The translations under genes and the position numbers were made by a program. DNA of 64,000 nt from Ascoidea asiatica JCM 7603 (lineage: Eukaryota; Fungi; Ascomycota). The stretch's first letter is position 1. The number at the start of each line of letters is the position of its first letter. The DNA lies in contig BCKQ01000007.1 of assembly GCA_001600695.1 (NCBI GenBank), positions 94,040 to 158,039 of the forward strand, given 5' to 3'. Positions 52,672 to 64,000 of this stretch are shown one piece after another. The notes under the pieces were generated by a model. It ran no database searches and was not told where the DNA came from. It was given only the letters and a program-made list of their open reading frames with translations.

Positions 52672-53639
52672 CTTATCAATTCATTACTATTATTATTATT
52701 TTTATTGTTATTCCTCTATTCTTTTTTCTTAACTTTCAATTAGAATTAAGCTAAAATTGTTATCAATGAACTGATAGCTTTAGTAAAGTATTCTTAAAAT
52801 ATAAGGAGTGACTTATCATACTACCTTCACAAATACTTCACTCGTAAATGAATCAATTCCAAAACTGGATCTATCTTTTGAAACCTTCAAATCCTTTAGA
52901 ACTATTGCTTCGATTATGCTTCTCTCTTTGTTATCCAGATTATCACTTGACTAGTTTTATTTAATTAAACAATCATTAAACAAATCTTCAATTTTTATTC
53001 TTACAATTTCCCCTTATTCTTTTTCCTTTAGTATTTAACGTTACTAATGTTCAAATCCACTCCAAACTCTTACCAAAACAATTGTTTAACAAAAATGACT
53101 TTTCTTAACTAATCCATAATATTGGTCTCTGATGTGCACATGATAACGCGGATATTAAAATCCGCTAAAATATTTTCCGTAAACATTATCCGCACCAAAT
53201 ATCCAATAATATGGTCTCACTTATATCACATGATATATATTTTAGAAGTCCCTCAGAACTGGCTTTGTAATTATTTTTTGAATTTTTTTTGTCTGTTTTC
53301 AAAGTTTTTGCCGTTGAAAGCTGAAAATTGAAAATGCTTCCATTTTTTTCCAGCGCTTTCTCTGGCACGTCGCACTTTGAATAGTTGTTCACTATTTAAA
53401 AGCTCGCCAGATTTTATTTGATTTTTAGTGCAAATACTACTACTTACTATTTGAGATTCTGATAGTAGAAGAAGAAGAAGAAGAATAAGAAGAAATATAC
53501 TATTATTATTTATATTATATTATATCACATTATTGAATCTAATTAATAATCAATTAATTAATTCAATATATCTTTATTTCAATAATATTCTTTTTTGAAT
53601 CCTTTTTATATTACTAAATAATCTGAAAAAATCAATAAT

Positions 53640-54275
53640 ATGTCTTCAGATCCAAAACAAGAAGAAGAAGTTACAGGTAAAGTTACTTCTTTACCAACTC
53701 CACCATCTGCAAATGTATTTTCAATGTTTGGTGGTAAAAAATTAAATAAAGAAAAAAAAGATGATGTTGAATCTGTGAAGAAAGATGAACCAAAATCTGA
53801 ATTAAAAACTGAAGAAGAAGAACCAAATGTAGATTTTAAACCAATTGTTCAATTAGAAAAAATTGAAGTTAAAACTAATGAAGAAGATGAAGAAGTATTA
53901 TCTAAATTTAGAGCTAAATTATTTAGATATCATTCTGATATTAAAGAATGGAAAGAAAGAGGTGTTGGTGATGTTAAATTTTTAAAACATTCAAAAACTA
54001 ATAAAGTTAGATTACTTATGAGAAGAGATAAAACTCTTAAAATTTGTGCAAATCATTTAATTTCTCCAGATTCTGTTTTAAAACCAAATATTGGTTCTGA
54101 AAGATCTTGGGTTTATACTGTTGCTGCTGATGTTTCTGAAGGTGAACCTGAAGCTCAAACTTTAGCCATTAGATTTGGTTCTAAAGAAAATGCTGATAAA
54201 TTTAAAGAAGCTTTTGTTTCTGCTCAAAAAACAAATACTGATGATGAATCTGAATCTGAATCTGAATCCAAATAA
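53640..54275 (+). CDS. YRB1: Ran-binding protein 1 (RanBD1)
   Basis: [25 protein letters not shown]...[13 protein letters not shown]...[33 protein letters not shown]. Confidence 0.97.
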   Translation: MSSDPKQEEEVTGKVTSLPTPPSANVFSMFGGKKLNKEKKDDVESVKKDEPKSELKTEEEEPNVDFKPIVQLEKIEVKTNEEDEEVLSKFRAKLFRYHSDIKEWKERGVGDVKFLKHSKTNKVRLLMRRDKTLKICANHLISPDSVLKPNIGSERSWVYTVAADVSEGEPEAQTLAIRFGSKENADKFKEAFVSAQKTNTDDESESESESK

Positions 54276-54760
54276 TTATTATAATCCTATTTTTTTTCTA
54301 ATTCGATAAGGTATTGAAAAAAAAAAAAAAAAACTATTTAAAAAAATCTGAAAGAAAAATATCAAAACAAAATATTTTCTTCAAATCATTTGCAAATACT
54401 CTTTTATATTTATATAATCATATCTATATCTATATATATATCAACTATATATCTCATCTATTATCATCTTAATCTTAATCCTAATCTTAATCTTAATCCT
54501 AATCTTAATCTTAATCTTAATCTTTTTTGTTTTGTTTCACTTTATGCTATCCGCTTTTACTTTAATCTTTTCTTTCAATCTTATGTTTGCATCCATTATT
54601 CTCCATTCTAAAATTTTTCTTTTCTATTATAATGATTTTTATAAATAATCTTATTTTACTTTTCTCTGAATACTACAAATTATTCCCTTATATATTAAAT
54701 AAAAGGCTTAAAAAAAAAAAAATAAAAAAAATTGTTCATTGTAAAGCTATCTTTCATTTT

Positions 54761-55693
54761 TTATATTATTTTTTTAAAATTACTATTACTATTATTATTA
54801 ATCCCATTGTCTATGTTATTATAATCATCATTTATATTATCATTATTAATTTCATTATTCTTTTTATTTTTATTGAAATTAAATCTATCATATAATTGAA
54901 AAAACTTTTTATAAAAAATCCATTTGATTAAAATATAAATCATCATTATTCCATCGAATTCTGGCCATAAAATATTTAAAAATAATATATATATACTTGA
55001 AGATATACTAATTTCCCAAAGTAAAAAATCACTAAATCTATAAACGTTTGAGGTTCTAATTAGAATATCTAATTTTGGTAAATCTTTTGTATATAAATGT
55101 GAACTTATACTATTCTCATTTATCTTTTCAATATCTTTAAATTCAGTTTCTTTTATAACCTCTTTTATTGAATGAGTTATATCATCTCTTGATGTATATG
55201 GAATACATATATTTAGTACTGCTTTATTATTATTTTCAGTTAATTTTTTAACTTTTTTCATTAATTCTTGTATATGTAATGGTAATAAACTTATATCTCC
55301 ACTAACTTCAATTTTAATTCCATATTTCTCACATAAATCATTATGATGAACGATTTGTAAAAATTTATTCTCAAATAGTTTCATTAAATTATCAATTTCA
55401 AATTTACTTCTTTTGAAATTTTCAATTGAAAATGCATATATTGAAACTGTATGAACTTTACATTCATAACAAATTTCTAAAATTTCACTTAACGAATTAA
55501 ATCCTTCAGAATGCCCATCTTTAACTTCGATTTTTTGTTTTTTTGCAAATCTTCTATTCCCATCCATTATAAATCCAATATGTTGAGGCTTGAAGGAACT
55601 TGTATTTATAGATTTAGTCAATGTTTCTTTGATGAACACAATCAACTGATAATATCCTGGAAAAGTTCTTATCCATGATAAATTTAAAGCCAT
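54761..55693 (-). CDS. RER2: cis-prenyltransferase (dehydrodolichyl diphosphate synthase) catalytic subunit
   Basis: PQHIGFIMDGNRRFAK, GH..GF, YAFSIENFKRS, LNICIPYTSR, DILIRTS...FSDFLLW. The short N-terminus with 'PG' resembles Rer2 more than Srt1. Confidence 0.88.
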   Translation of the reverse strand: MALNLSWIRTFPGYYQLIVFIKETLTKSINTSSFKPQHIGFIMDGNRRFAKKQKIEVKDGHSEGFNSLSEILEICYECKVHTVSIYAFSIENFKRSKFEIDNLMKLFENKFLQIVHHNDLCEKYGIKIEVSGDISLLPLHIQELMKKVKKLTENNNKAVLNICIPYTSRDDITHSIKEVIKETEFKDIEKINENSISSHLYTKDLPKLDILIRTSNVYRFSDFLLWEISISSSIYILFLNILWPEFDGIMMIYILIKWIFYKKFFQLYDRFNFNKNKKNNEINNDNINDDYNNIDNGINNNSNSNFKKII

Positions 55694-57918
55694 TTTCCCC
55701 TTTCCAATTCTTTATTTTTTGCTAAATTTGAAGTATTCTTCTTTATTGATTATGATTAAGATTAAAATATATGATTATTTGTCTTTGAGGTGATTGGCTT
55801 TGACTTTTAAAACGAATGAATCATTAAACTAGTTTTACTTCTAGAATTTATATTATTGCTGTATTTGAACAAATCTTACTACGATTCAATATTGTTTGTG
55901 ATCTATTTGTTGATTGTGATAATGTTTGAAAAATGGTGAGTCTATTTCTGATTCCACTTTTTTCTTTTTTTATATAATCTAACCTTTATTTTGGACAACA
56001 GTGCTTTAAAACCTCACTGAAATATTTATTTTTCTTTTTAATACTGTGCAAACCTTAAATTGCGGCCCTAGGAATTGTCCCACTCAAATTCGTCCATAAT
56101 TGTTAGGTATTTTATCTGATTAAAGAAGTGTAATTGAACAATGAATCTACAATTCGACTGATAATTAATTGATCAAACAATTATCAGAAGTTCTACAGCT
56201 CTTTAAGAAAGTATTTAAAAAAAAAACTCCAATATCAAATTGAGAGAATATAAAGATGAATATTATATCCAACAATTTGATATTAAGAAAATGATTAATG
56301 AATTTAGAAAACAAATGAACTCAATGAGTATGATGAATAAACAAAAAGAAAATTTGAAAGACTAAGTTTAAAAGAAAGAATTTGAAGAAAAAAAGAATAA
56401 AAAAGAGAATAAAATTGAAAATCGAAGAAGATAAATAAATTGTTAGAAATAGTAGAAGAAACTATAAAAAACTGAAAAGAAAATAAAAAGGGACAATTGA
56501 AAATATTTAAAAATTTGATAAGAAAAATTGAAAAATAAATAAGGTAACAAATGAAAAGTATAAGAAGTAATCTTCCTGAGAAATAAGACTATCAAGAATA
56601 TAAGTAACTATTGAATATAATATTATTAATAACAGTAGATATATGTGTAATTTAATTCTCTAAAGAGAAAAAATTCATTAACTACTATTAAAAATATCAC
56701 TCAGAAAAGATACCAAATAGAAAAACCAACCAATAGAACATAATATCTTATATAAAATAAATGAATTTTTGATTGATACAAAAATATTGAAATTAATAAG
56801 ATTTAAATTGAATTGAATACCAAATAAAAGGACAATGATAGAATCGAAGAGAATAGAAGGTATAATAACAATAAAAAATAGACAAACTAGAGAAAATACT
56901 TAAAATAAGTTAGTACAAGATAAAATAAAAAAAGAGAAGAAAGCTTCAAAAAGAAGAGAATACACTCGATATTAGAAGTTGAATGAATGATAATATCAAT
57001 ATTGAAATTATTTCAAACAAACAACTCCTAAAAATGAGATTTTTAAAAAAAAAGTGAGAAAAAGATTAGTAATTTGAGAAATAAATATAAATAAATTCCA
57101 AAAAAAGAAATACTTTGAAAGAAAAATTTTCAAAAGAATCTAATAAAAAGAGATAAATAAATAAAAAATGTTTCCAATATTATATCATTATAATATTTTA
57201 AGGTATTTTACATTATTGTAAAAAAAAAAAATAAGCAGAAATTAAAAAATCAAATATAATCTCAAATTATAATTTGAGTATTTTTTAACCAAAAAATAAA
57301 ATAAAAGATAGAATGAAAAATAAATCTAAAAATACAAGATTTAAATTGAGAAAATAAAATAAAATAAAATAAAATAAAGTAAAATAAAGTAAAATAAAAG
57401 AATAAAAAAAGATAAAAAAGATAAAAAAATTGAAATAAAATAAACCAAAATAGAATAAACCAAAAAAAAAGTAAATATGATAACATAACCACCCAAAAAA
57501 TTAAGTAAGAAAATATGAATCAAAAATTATTCAAAAAAATAGTTTAGTGTAAATTAATTCAACCTTTTTTAAACGTTTGTATTAAAAGTTTGACAATTCA
57601 AGAAATTTCTTTTTTTGAAAAAATGAAGTAGAAAAATGCATATTGAATTATTTGATTTAATGATAAATTATAACAAATTATTATGAAAATAATATGTTAT
57701 AGGATATAGGAAATATAAAAAATGAGATTGATGAATTTAGAATAGAATATTTTTTATAGAATGGCCTAGATGCAAGAATTAAGTAAATATGACAATATTT
57801 ATAAACAGAAAAAATTAACTTTTTTTTTTTTCATTAAATGACTGAATTTATGAGTAGTTTAATGATATGAAACCAAATTTTTAAGTTTATTAGTTTAATC
57901 CATTATGATTCATTATAA

Positions 57919-57970
57919 TTTACTATAATTTACTATAATTTACTATAATTTACTATAATTTACTATAATT
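57919..57970. repeat. 10-bp tandem repeat (TTTACTATAA)x5
   Basis: Directly visible, just downstream of the 58001 stop codon. Confidence 0.85.
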
Positions 57971-58000
57971 TATTATGATTTTATTATGATTTAAAATGAT

Positions 58001-59440
58001 TTATTTTAATTTTAATACTTTTCTTAATTCTTTTTCAGCTTCAAAATTATTATTGAAATTATTTTGACTACCTCTTGAACTTGAACTTGGATTTGTTAAA
58101 TTAGATTGATTTGAATCAATTGACTTAAAAGATTGAGTTGAATTATTTGAGTGATAGAAGTTATTTTGATTTTGATTTAAATTTGAAATTGAATTTGGAC
58201 TTTGATTTTGATTTTGATTTTGATTCTGATTATATAAAGTAACTGGATTAACAGGATAAAAATTATAATTTGATTGATTATATTGATTATATTGACCATA
58301 AGGATTAAATTGAGATTGATTAAATTGAGATTGATTTAAATTATTTAAATTATTTAAATGATTTGGGTTATATAAAGTAGATCTATTTGAAATTGGATGA
58401 GAAATTGAAAGTTGATTTGAAAATTGATTTGAGATTGAGATTGAATTAACTATTGGAGTTGAAGGAGCACTTTTAGTTGAATTTAATAAATCATTAAAAG
58501 AAATTTTTGTACCTTGATTTTGTTGATTTGATTTGTTATTATTATGGTTGTTGTTATTATTAATTTGATTAAAATAATTAATATTTTTATTCATATTCAT
58601 ATTCTTATTTAAATTATTTGATAATGAAGTATTTGGTAAAGAATGAGAAATATTATGATCATCATTAATGTTATTATTATTATTATTATTATTATTAATA
58701 ATAATTGGTAAATCATTTATATTTGAACTACTCTTTCTTGAAGTAAAAGAAGGTTTTGGTAAATGAGTTGGCATTGGAGAATTACTAAAAGAAGAACCAG
58801 CATAAGAAATATTTGAACTTGAATTTTGATTTGTAGATGAATTTGAAGATAAACTATTTGAAGAATTATCTGGATCAATATTATTATTATTATTATCATT
58901 ATTATTAGAGTTACTTATAGTTATATCATTTGATATATTTGATGATTTAGGACTTTGTTTATTTTGATTTTGATTTTGATTTGAATTTGAATTTTTTGAT
59001 TTTGATTTTGATTTTGATTTAATTTTTTTTGATTTTGATTTAGTTGGTGTTGTAGTTGAAGAAATAGGTTGAGATTTTATTGATAATTTTGTTGATATTA
59101 TATTATTTGAATCATTATTATTTAATAAATTTGAAGTTGAAGATAAAGTTGAAGTTGAATTTGAAAAAGATTTTGATCTTAGATGATTTTTATTTTTTGA
59201 TTTTAATTTCAATTTTTTTGGATTATTATTATTATTATTTGACATTTTATTTGAATTAATAGGTAATTTATTATTATTATTATTGATATTATTATTATTA
59301 TTATAATTATTTTGAATAATATTTTGATTTAAAAAGTGATTATGATTATGAGTGTGATTAAGCTTAAGATTATGATTATGATTAAGATTAAGATTAAGAT
59401 TAGGATTTGGATTAGTAGATGTATTTTGTATAACCATCAT
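58001..59440 (-). CDS. Edc1/Edc2/PNRC-type mRNA decapping activator, N/Q/S-rich and disordered
   Basis: YAGSSFSNSPMPTHLPKPSF matches the YAGxxF Dcp2-activation motif plus the LPxP Dcp1-binding motif. C-terminal helix AEKELRKVLKLK. Confidence 0.82.
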   Translation of the reverse strand: MMVIQNTSTNPNPNLNLNLNHNHNLKLNHTHNHNHFLNQNIIQNNYNNNNNINNNNNKLPINSNKMSNNNNNNPKKLKLKSKNKNHLRSKSFSNSTSTLSSTSNLLNNNDSNNIISTKLSIKSQPISSTTTPTKSKSKKIKSKSKSKSKNSNSNQNQNQNKQSPKSSNISNDITISNSNNNDNNNNNIDPDNSSNSLSSNSSTNQNSSSNISYAGSSFSNSPMPTHLPKPSFTSRKSSSNINDLPIIINNNNNNNNNINDDHNISHSLPNTSLSNNLNKNMNMNKNINYFNQINNNNNHNNNKSNQQNQGTKISFNDLLNSTKSAPSTPIVNSISISNQFSNQLSISHPISNRSTLYNPNHLNNLNNLNQSQFNQSQFNPYGQYNQYNQSNYNFYPVNPVTLYNQNQNQNQNQSPNSISNLNQNQNNFYHSNNSTQSFKSIDSNQSNLTNPSSSSRGSQNNFNNNFEAEKELRKVLKLK

Positions 59441-61394
59441 ATTTAAAAAGAGTTTATTAAATGAATTATTGAATAAGTTAATAAAGAGATTAAAAAGTAA
59501 ATTATTAAATTAATATAATAATTTGTTATTAATATAAAGGGGGGGATAAATATAAATATAAGTAAATTTAAAGATAAAAGGAACAAAAAAATGAAGTTTT
59601 AATAATCTTGAAAACTAATTTTTTTTTATTATCTTAGATTGAAACTAGATTGAAACTAAATTGAAATTACAGTAAAGTGAAGCAAAGTAATATTATTATT
59701 GTAAGAGTTAGATATTAGTTTGAAAGAAGTTAAATAATTTGAATTTATCAAATAAAACTTGTATTTTTGATAAAGGATTTCGAATAGTTTATCAAATTAT
59801 GATTATTATTATGATTATTATTATAATTAATTTGAGATTGATTTAAGATTGATTTGAGATTAAAGAGAATAAATATAAAAGAATATATAAATATAAATAT
59901 AAATATAAATATAAATATGAATATATATATAAATAAATATGATTTTATATTACAATAGGTGATTAAGAATATGTTATGATAAAATATAAAAAACAAAATA
60001 TTAAATAAAATAGAATCTATTAGTAAAATAGAATTTGATATTGAAGATAAATAGTATATTATCAAAATATTTGTTTGGAAATTTATGTTTATTTGTATTT
60101 GTTTGTATTTATTCAGCTTGTTTGTTATCAATGTAAAATAGAGATAATATGAGGATAATATGAATATATTGGACAAGATAACTCAGAGAAGGAGGAAGAA
60201 GAGCACTCAAGAAGTGGTTTTATTACTGTTATTATTACTACAGCACGGGCGCACTGCATTTTGTATGGCATTTGGCTCATTGGCGGTGTGGGCTGTATTT
60301 GGAACAACTGCTAGCTCCACCGCAGCACAGGCTCCAGTGGCAACATTGGAAGCAGCCGCTGTGTCCCGTGTAAAGCAGGTAAGTCACAAGCTTGTCAGGT
60401 GCTTTGTTTTCCCCGTGACACAAGCTTTTCTATGAGATAAAGCCACGTGCTTCTATCTTTTTCTTTTTCTGCTTCTTCTTGTGTTTCATGACTGTTTCAT
60501 ATTTCCTCTAAACATGTTTTGATTTAGCAGGGGCACAGCATCCAAATCCTCTACTAAACGCCACCCTTGTTTATGTTTTGAGTGGCCTGTTTCCACATCA
60601 ACTGCTTTTCTCAAAAAGGGTCTATGTGCACACACGCAGTCAGTGTGTCATGGTGCACGTACCCACGTTATTTCCAAGCCGCAACGGCAACAGCGTCACA
60701 TGATTGATTAGTCATTGCTTATCTAATTATTTTTGGGGTTTCAATTTGAATCCCAATACATGGATGTCCTTCATTAGTATTATTTATTGTCTTACTTCAT
60801 ACAATACAACAACTTTAGTATATCAAGATGATAAAAGGTTGTAATTTGAGTATTTCATATATCTTTTTTGAGATTTAATTTGAATAATGAAATTTAGTTA
60901 GTACTTTGATTCTTTGAAATATTTGTAGACATATTACTGAGGAATTGAAAATCAATAGAATCTTTTGTTTGATATTTTTTTTTAAATTGTTTATTTTTGA
61001 AATAAATATTACATAGATTAATGTTAATTTGTTTATTTCAATCAATTATTCACTTTATTTATTATTTAATAATTTATGATTACAATATCATTTTCAAAAA
61101 TTTTGATGTTTTGAATTAATTGTGAGTAATTTACCAAATTTAGATAATGTTGACAGTCTTAACACTGTTAACAATGATAACAGTTACTTTTACCGAACTT
61201 CAGGCTTATGTTCATTCATTCTTTGCGGAGCAAATTTGTTTATTGTTTAAAAATCATATAAAAAGGTCAATCAATTTCATAATTTTTTTTCAAATCAATT
61301 AATTCTTTATTTTAAATTCTATTCAATTTTATTCAATTTTATTAATTGATTAAATTTACTATTATACATATATTTTAATAAGTATTTTAATTCA

Positions 61395-61910
61395 ATGAAG
61401 CTTTATTCAGCTTTAAGATTAAGAAAAGATTATCAATCAACACTTGGAAATCTTTTTACTCGTATAGAAAATAATTGTGTTGTTCAAGAAGGTTTTAAAC
61501 CATCTGAAAATCCAAATGAATTATTAATTGAATATTTAAAAATTAGTGAAAAATTTATGAATTTAATTTCTGATATTAATATTACAAATTCAAAAAGTAA
61601 ATTTAAATTTAATGATTCAAAAATTTTAAGAACAATGACTGAAGCTTTAGCTGAAAGAGATCAATTACAAAAAGAATTTAGTATTTTAAAATTAATTACT
61701 GAAGAAGGTGTTGTTAGTGAAGAACTTTATTCCAAAGAAGAAATTAAAACTGTTTCTCTTGTTGATATTTCTGATTTTCAACAAAAAGCTTCTAAAGTTG
61801 CTATAAAAAGAAGAAAACTTGATGATTTAATAGAATTAAAAAATTTTGAATTAGAATTAATTACTACTTTTAATTATGATGAAGATGATAAAAATGAAGA
61901 TCAAGAGTAA
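61395..61910 (+). CDS. DIP1984-family ('septicolysin-like') coiled-coil protein of bacterial type
   Basis: Matches the recalled family pattern along its whole length: MKL..AL..R.D.Q, R..NN..VQEG.KP.E.P.ELL, IN.TN, TMTEALAERD.L, YS..EIK.VS.VD...Q, R.LD..I...N...EL. TATA-like CATATAAAAAG near 61255. Confidence 0.8.
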   Translation: MKLYSALRLRKDYQSTLGNLFTRIENNCVVQEGFKPSENPNELLIEYLKISEKFMNLISDINITNSKSKFKFNDSKILRTMTEALAERDQLQKEFSILKLITEEGVVSEELYSKEEIKTVSLVDISDFQQKASKVAIKRRKLDDLIELKNFELELITTFNYDEDDKNEDQE

Positions 61911-61920
61911 TATTAATTCA

Positions 61921-61972
61921 ATGCTTTATTAATATGCTTTATTAATATGCTTTATTAATATGCTTTATTAAT
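61921..61972. repeat. 13-bp tandem repeat (ATGCTTTATTAAT)x4
   Basis: Four exact copies starting 11 bp after the stop codon of the DIP1984-like gene. Confidence 0.9.
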
Positions 61973-62500
61973 GGATTTTTTCACCGATATTACTTGGTGT
62001 CATATATTAAACAGTTATTATTATTTTTTTTTGTCAAGATTTATTCTTAGACTCAGGACATAAAATGAATTCAAGAATAATAATATTACTTGATGGTATT
62101 ACTTGATGGTATTTACTGATGGTATTTCTTTATTTTGATTGTTGTTGGTATCACTCTTTGGAAAGGTGGATAATACACCACGACTTTTCCAGACGCAATA
62201 TTTACGTTAACAATTTACAAATCAAGTCGTTACTTTTACAAATTATTATTATTACCATATTATCAATTTTCAAAGAGTGAGAGGGAGGGATTGGGGATTC
62301 CAATCAAAATATAAAGAATGTTTTAATAAATATTTTTAATAAATGTTTTTAATAACAAAATTATTTTTATTTTAAAATTGTAGTTTTTTACAAATAATTT
62401 TCTATGACTGACGTTATATAAAAATTGAATTTTTATATTCGAGTCCAATTTTCTGGGTCATTAAGAATATTTATTAAAAGTATTTTTCTATTGAATTAAA

Positions 62501-63427
62501 TTATAAATCTTCAGAACCTTTTAAACCTGTTGATTTAATTTCATTTAAATTTATTAATTCATTTATATCAATCTTAACTTTACCATCTTTATTATTGATG
62601 TAATTTGAATTATGAGTGAAATTATAATTTTCAATTTGATTTTTAATATCTTTAACAGTTAAATCTAATAAAATTTTTAAATATAATCTATTTAACCAAA
62701 TTATAAATTTTGGTAATATTTTACCATCATTATTAAGTTTATTATATTCAGTAGCTTCAGTTAAAATGATTTTAATTTTTGTTTTGCTATTACTATTACT
62801 ATTCCTATCATTATTATTTTCATTATTTTTATTAATACTTATATTATTATTGTTATTGTTAAGTTTTGTATTTATATATATCTCTTTATAATTACAATTC
62901 ATTATTCTCCATGGTAAACCAAATTTACTTAATTTTTCAAAAAAATTGATTATATTCAAATTATTATTATTCCATTTTATTAAAATTGAATTTGAATTTT
63001 TATTTAAAATTTCAAAATTTTCAAAATTTAAGTTATAATTGAATAAAAAATTCAAATTTAAATAATTATTAATTCTAAAAATATTTAAAAAAATGAAATT
63101 TCTTAAATTTTTGAAATATTTTAAATCTTTTAAAAAAAATTCATTTATATCATTTGTATCATATTTACTATTATTCATTTTACCACTACATAAATCAATT
63201 TCTTCAGATATAAATGAATCACAATATCCAATATATTTTGAATGATTTCTATCGAATTTTTTATCATTTATAATTTCTTGAATTAACATATCATTTGGTA
63301 ATATATATATTGGATAATTATCATATTTGCAATTTATCTTATATCCATAATATATTGAACCTATTCCAATTCCTATACTACTATATTTAATCAATTTTCC
63401 AAATCCAAATTTCATTCTAACAGCCAT
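62501..63427 (-). CDS. Uncharacterised protein with an N-terminal basic leader and Gly-rich hydrophobic anchor (possibly mitochondrial)
   Basis: 308-aa ORF. MAVRMKFGFGKLIKYSSIGIGIGSIYYGY leader, and complex blocks GLPWRIM and DGKILPKFIIWLNRLYLKILL. Confidence 0.75.
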   Translation of the reverse strand: MAVRMKFGFGKLIKYSSIGIGIGSIYYGYKINCKYDNYPIYILPNDMLIQEIINDKKFDRNHSKYIGYCDSFISEEIDLCSGKMNNSKYDTNDINEFFLKDLKYFKNLRNFIFLNIFRINNYLNLNFLFNYNLNFENFEILNKNSNSILIKWNNNNLNIINFFEKLSKFGLPWRIMNCNYKEIYINTKLNNNNNNISINKNNENNNDRNSNSNSKTKIKIILTEATEYNKLNNDGKILPKFIIWLNRLYLKILLDLTVKDIKNQIENYNFTHNSNYINNKDGKVKIDINELINLNEIKSTGLKGSEDL

Positions 63428-64000
63428 TTTAAATGTATTATGTGAATCCTTATTGATTTGTTATTCTATTACTCTATTACTCTATTATTTTATTACTCAA
63501 TTGAAATATTTATATCACTTAACATATATAAATATACCCAGGAACTTATTGATTTCATTATCTTTATTATTATCATTTATCATTTACCATTGATTTATGA
63601 TTTGATTTTTGGGTTTTAGAATATCACACTCTTCTCAAATCACGTATAAATATCCACTTTGATAAAATTATATTATTGTTGAGGAGAAATACTAAGTGAA
63701 GTCACATCATCTCTATTTGCAGACACAACATCTCTATTTGCAGATATTATTTCCTATTTAGGAAGTAATGTTGTCACGTTTTTGAAAAATGAACTTTTGA
63801 AAAAGCTCAGCGGAAATCACCCAAAATCCGGAAAATAACCGCATTTGAATCCGACAAAGGATTTAAAATCGGGTCCGAAGGTTTTAAGAGTGACCAGAAA
63901 GTATTAACATGGGAAGCCAGGTACCCTCTATAAATGGAACATATATTTTAAGTGATATGTTTAAAAACCGTCCACTCATTTACCGGAAATGACAAACCGG

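Noticed and set aside
54390-60176. Phe/Ile/Tyr-rich 'membrane' ORFs (54390, 54587, 57262, 57341, 59748)
   Set aside because: Translations of AT-rich low-complexity UTR or intergenic DNA.
33091-61972. Tandem repeats considered as a CRISPR array or telomeric repeats
   Set aside because: No unique spacers, eukaryotic context, low copy number, and a different unit at each locus.

Overview
Extremely AT-rich budding-yeast (Saccharomycotina) chromosomal DNA with abundant microsatellites and poly-Asn insertions. Composition and CTG codon placement are compatible with a CUG-Ser yeast such as an Ascoidea-type species (inference). Recognisable genes in order: SIN4/MED16 (runs off the left edge, missed by the ORF track), SRM1/RCC1, an intron-containing tRNA-Ser(UGA), MET17, TRL1, spliced TIM12, an orphan Zn-finger-like ORF, CAB2, ICE2, a MAPR/Dap1-like heme protein, LEO1, an unlisted 50-aa small ORF, AVT7, an orphan 183-aa ORF, SSN8, YRB1, RER2, an Edc1/PNRC-type decapping activator, a bacterial-type DIP1984-family ('septicolysin-like') gene and an uncharacterised membrane-anchored protein. 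Two ~11-kb gene-poor stretches (26.5-37.5 kb and 39-50.8 kb) contain GC-rich promoter-like islands. The top candidates for novelty are the apparently horizontally acquired DIP1984-family gene, the 50-aa small ORF, the two orphan ORFs, AT-hooks on RCC1, and hints of CUG=Ser decoding. All homology calls are from recalled sequence motifs, not database searches.
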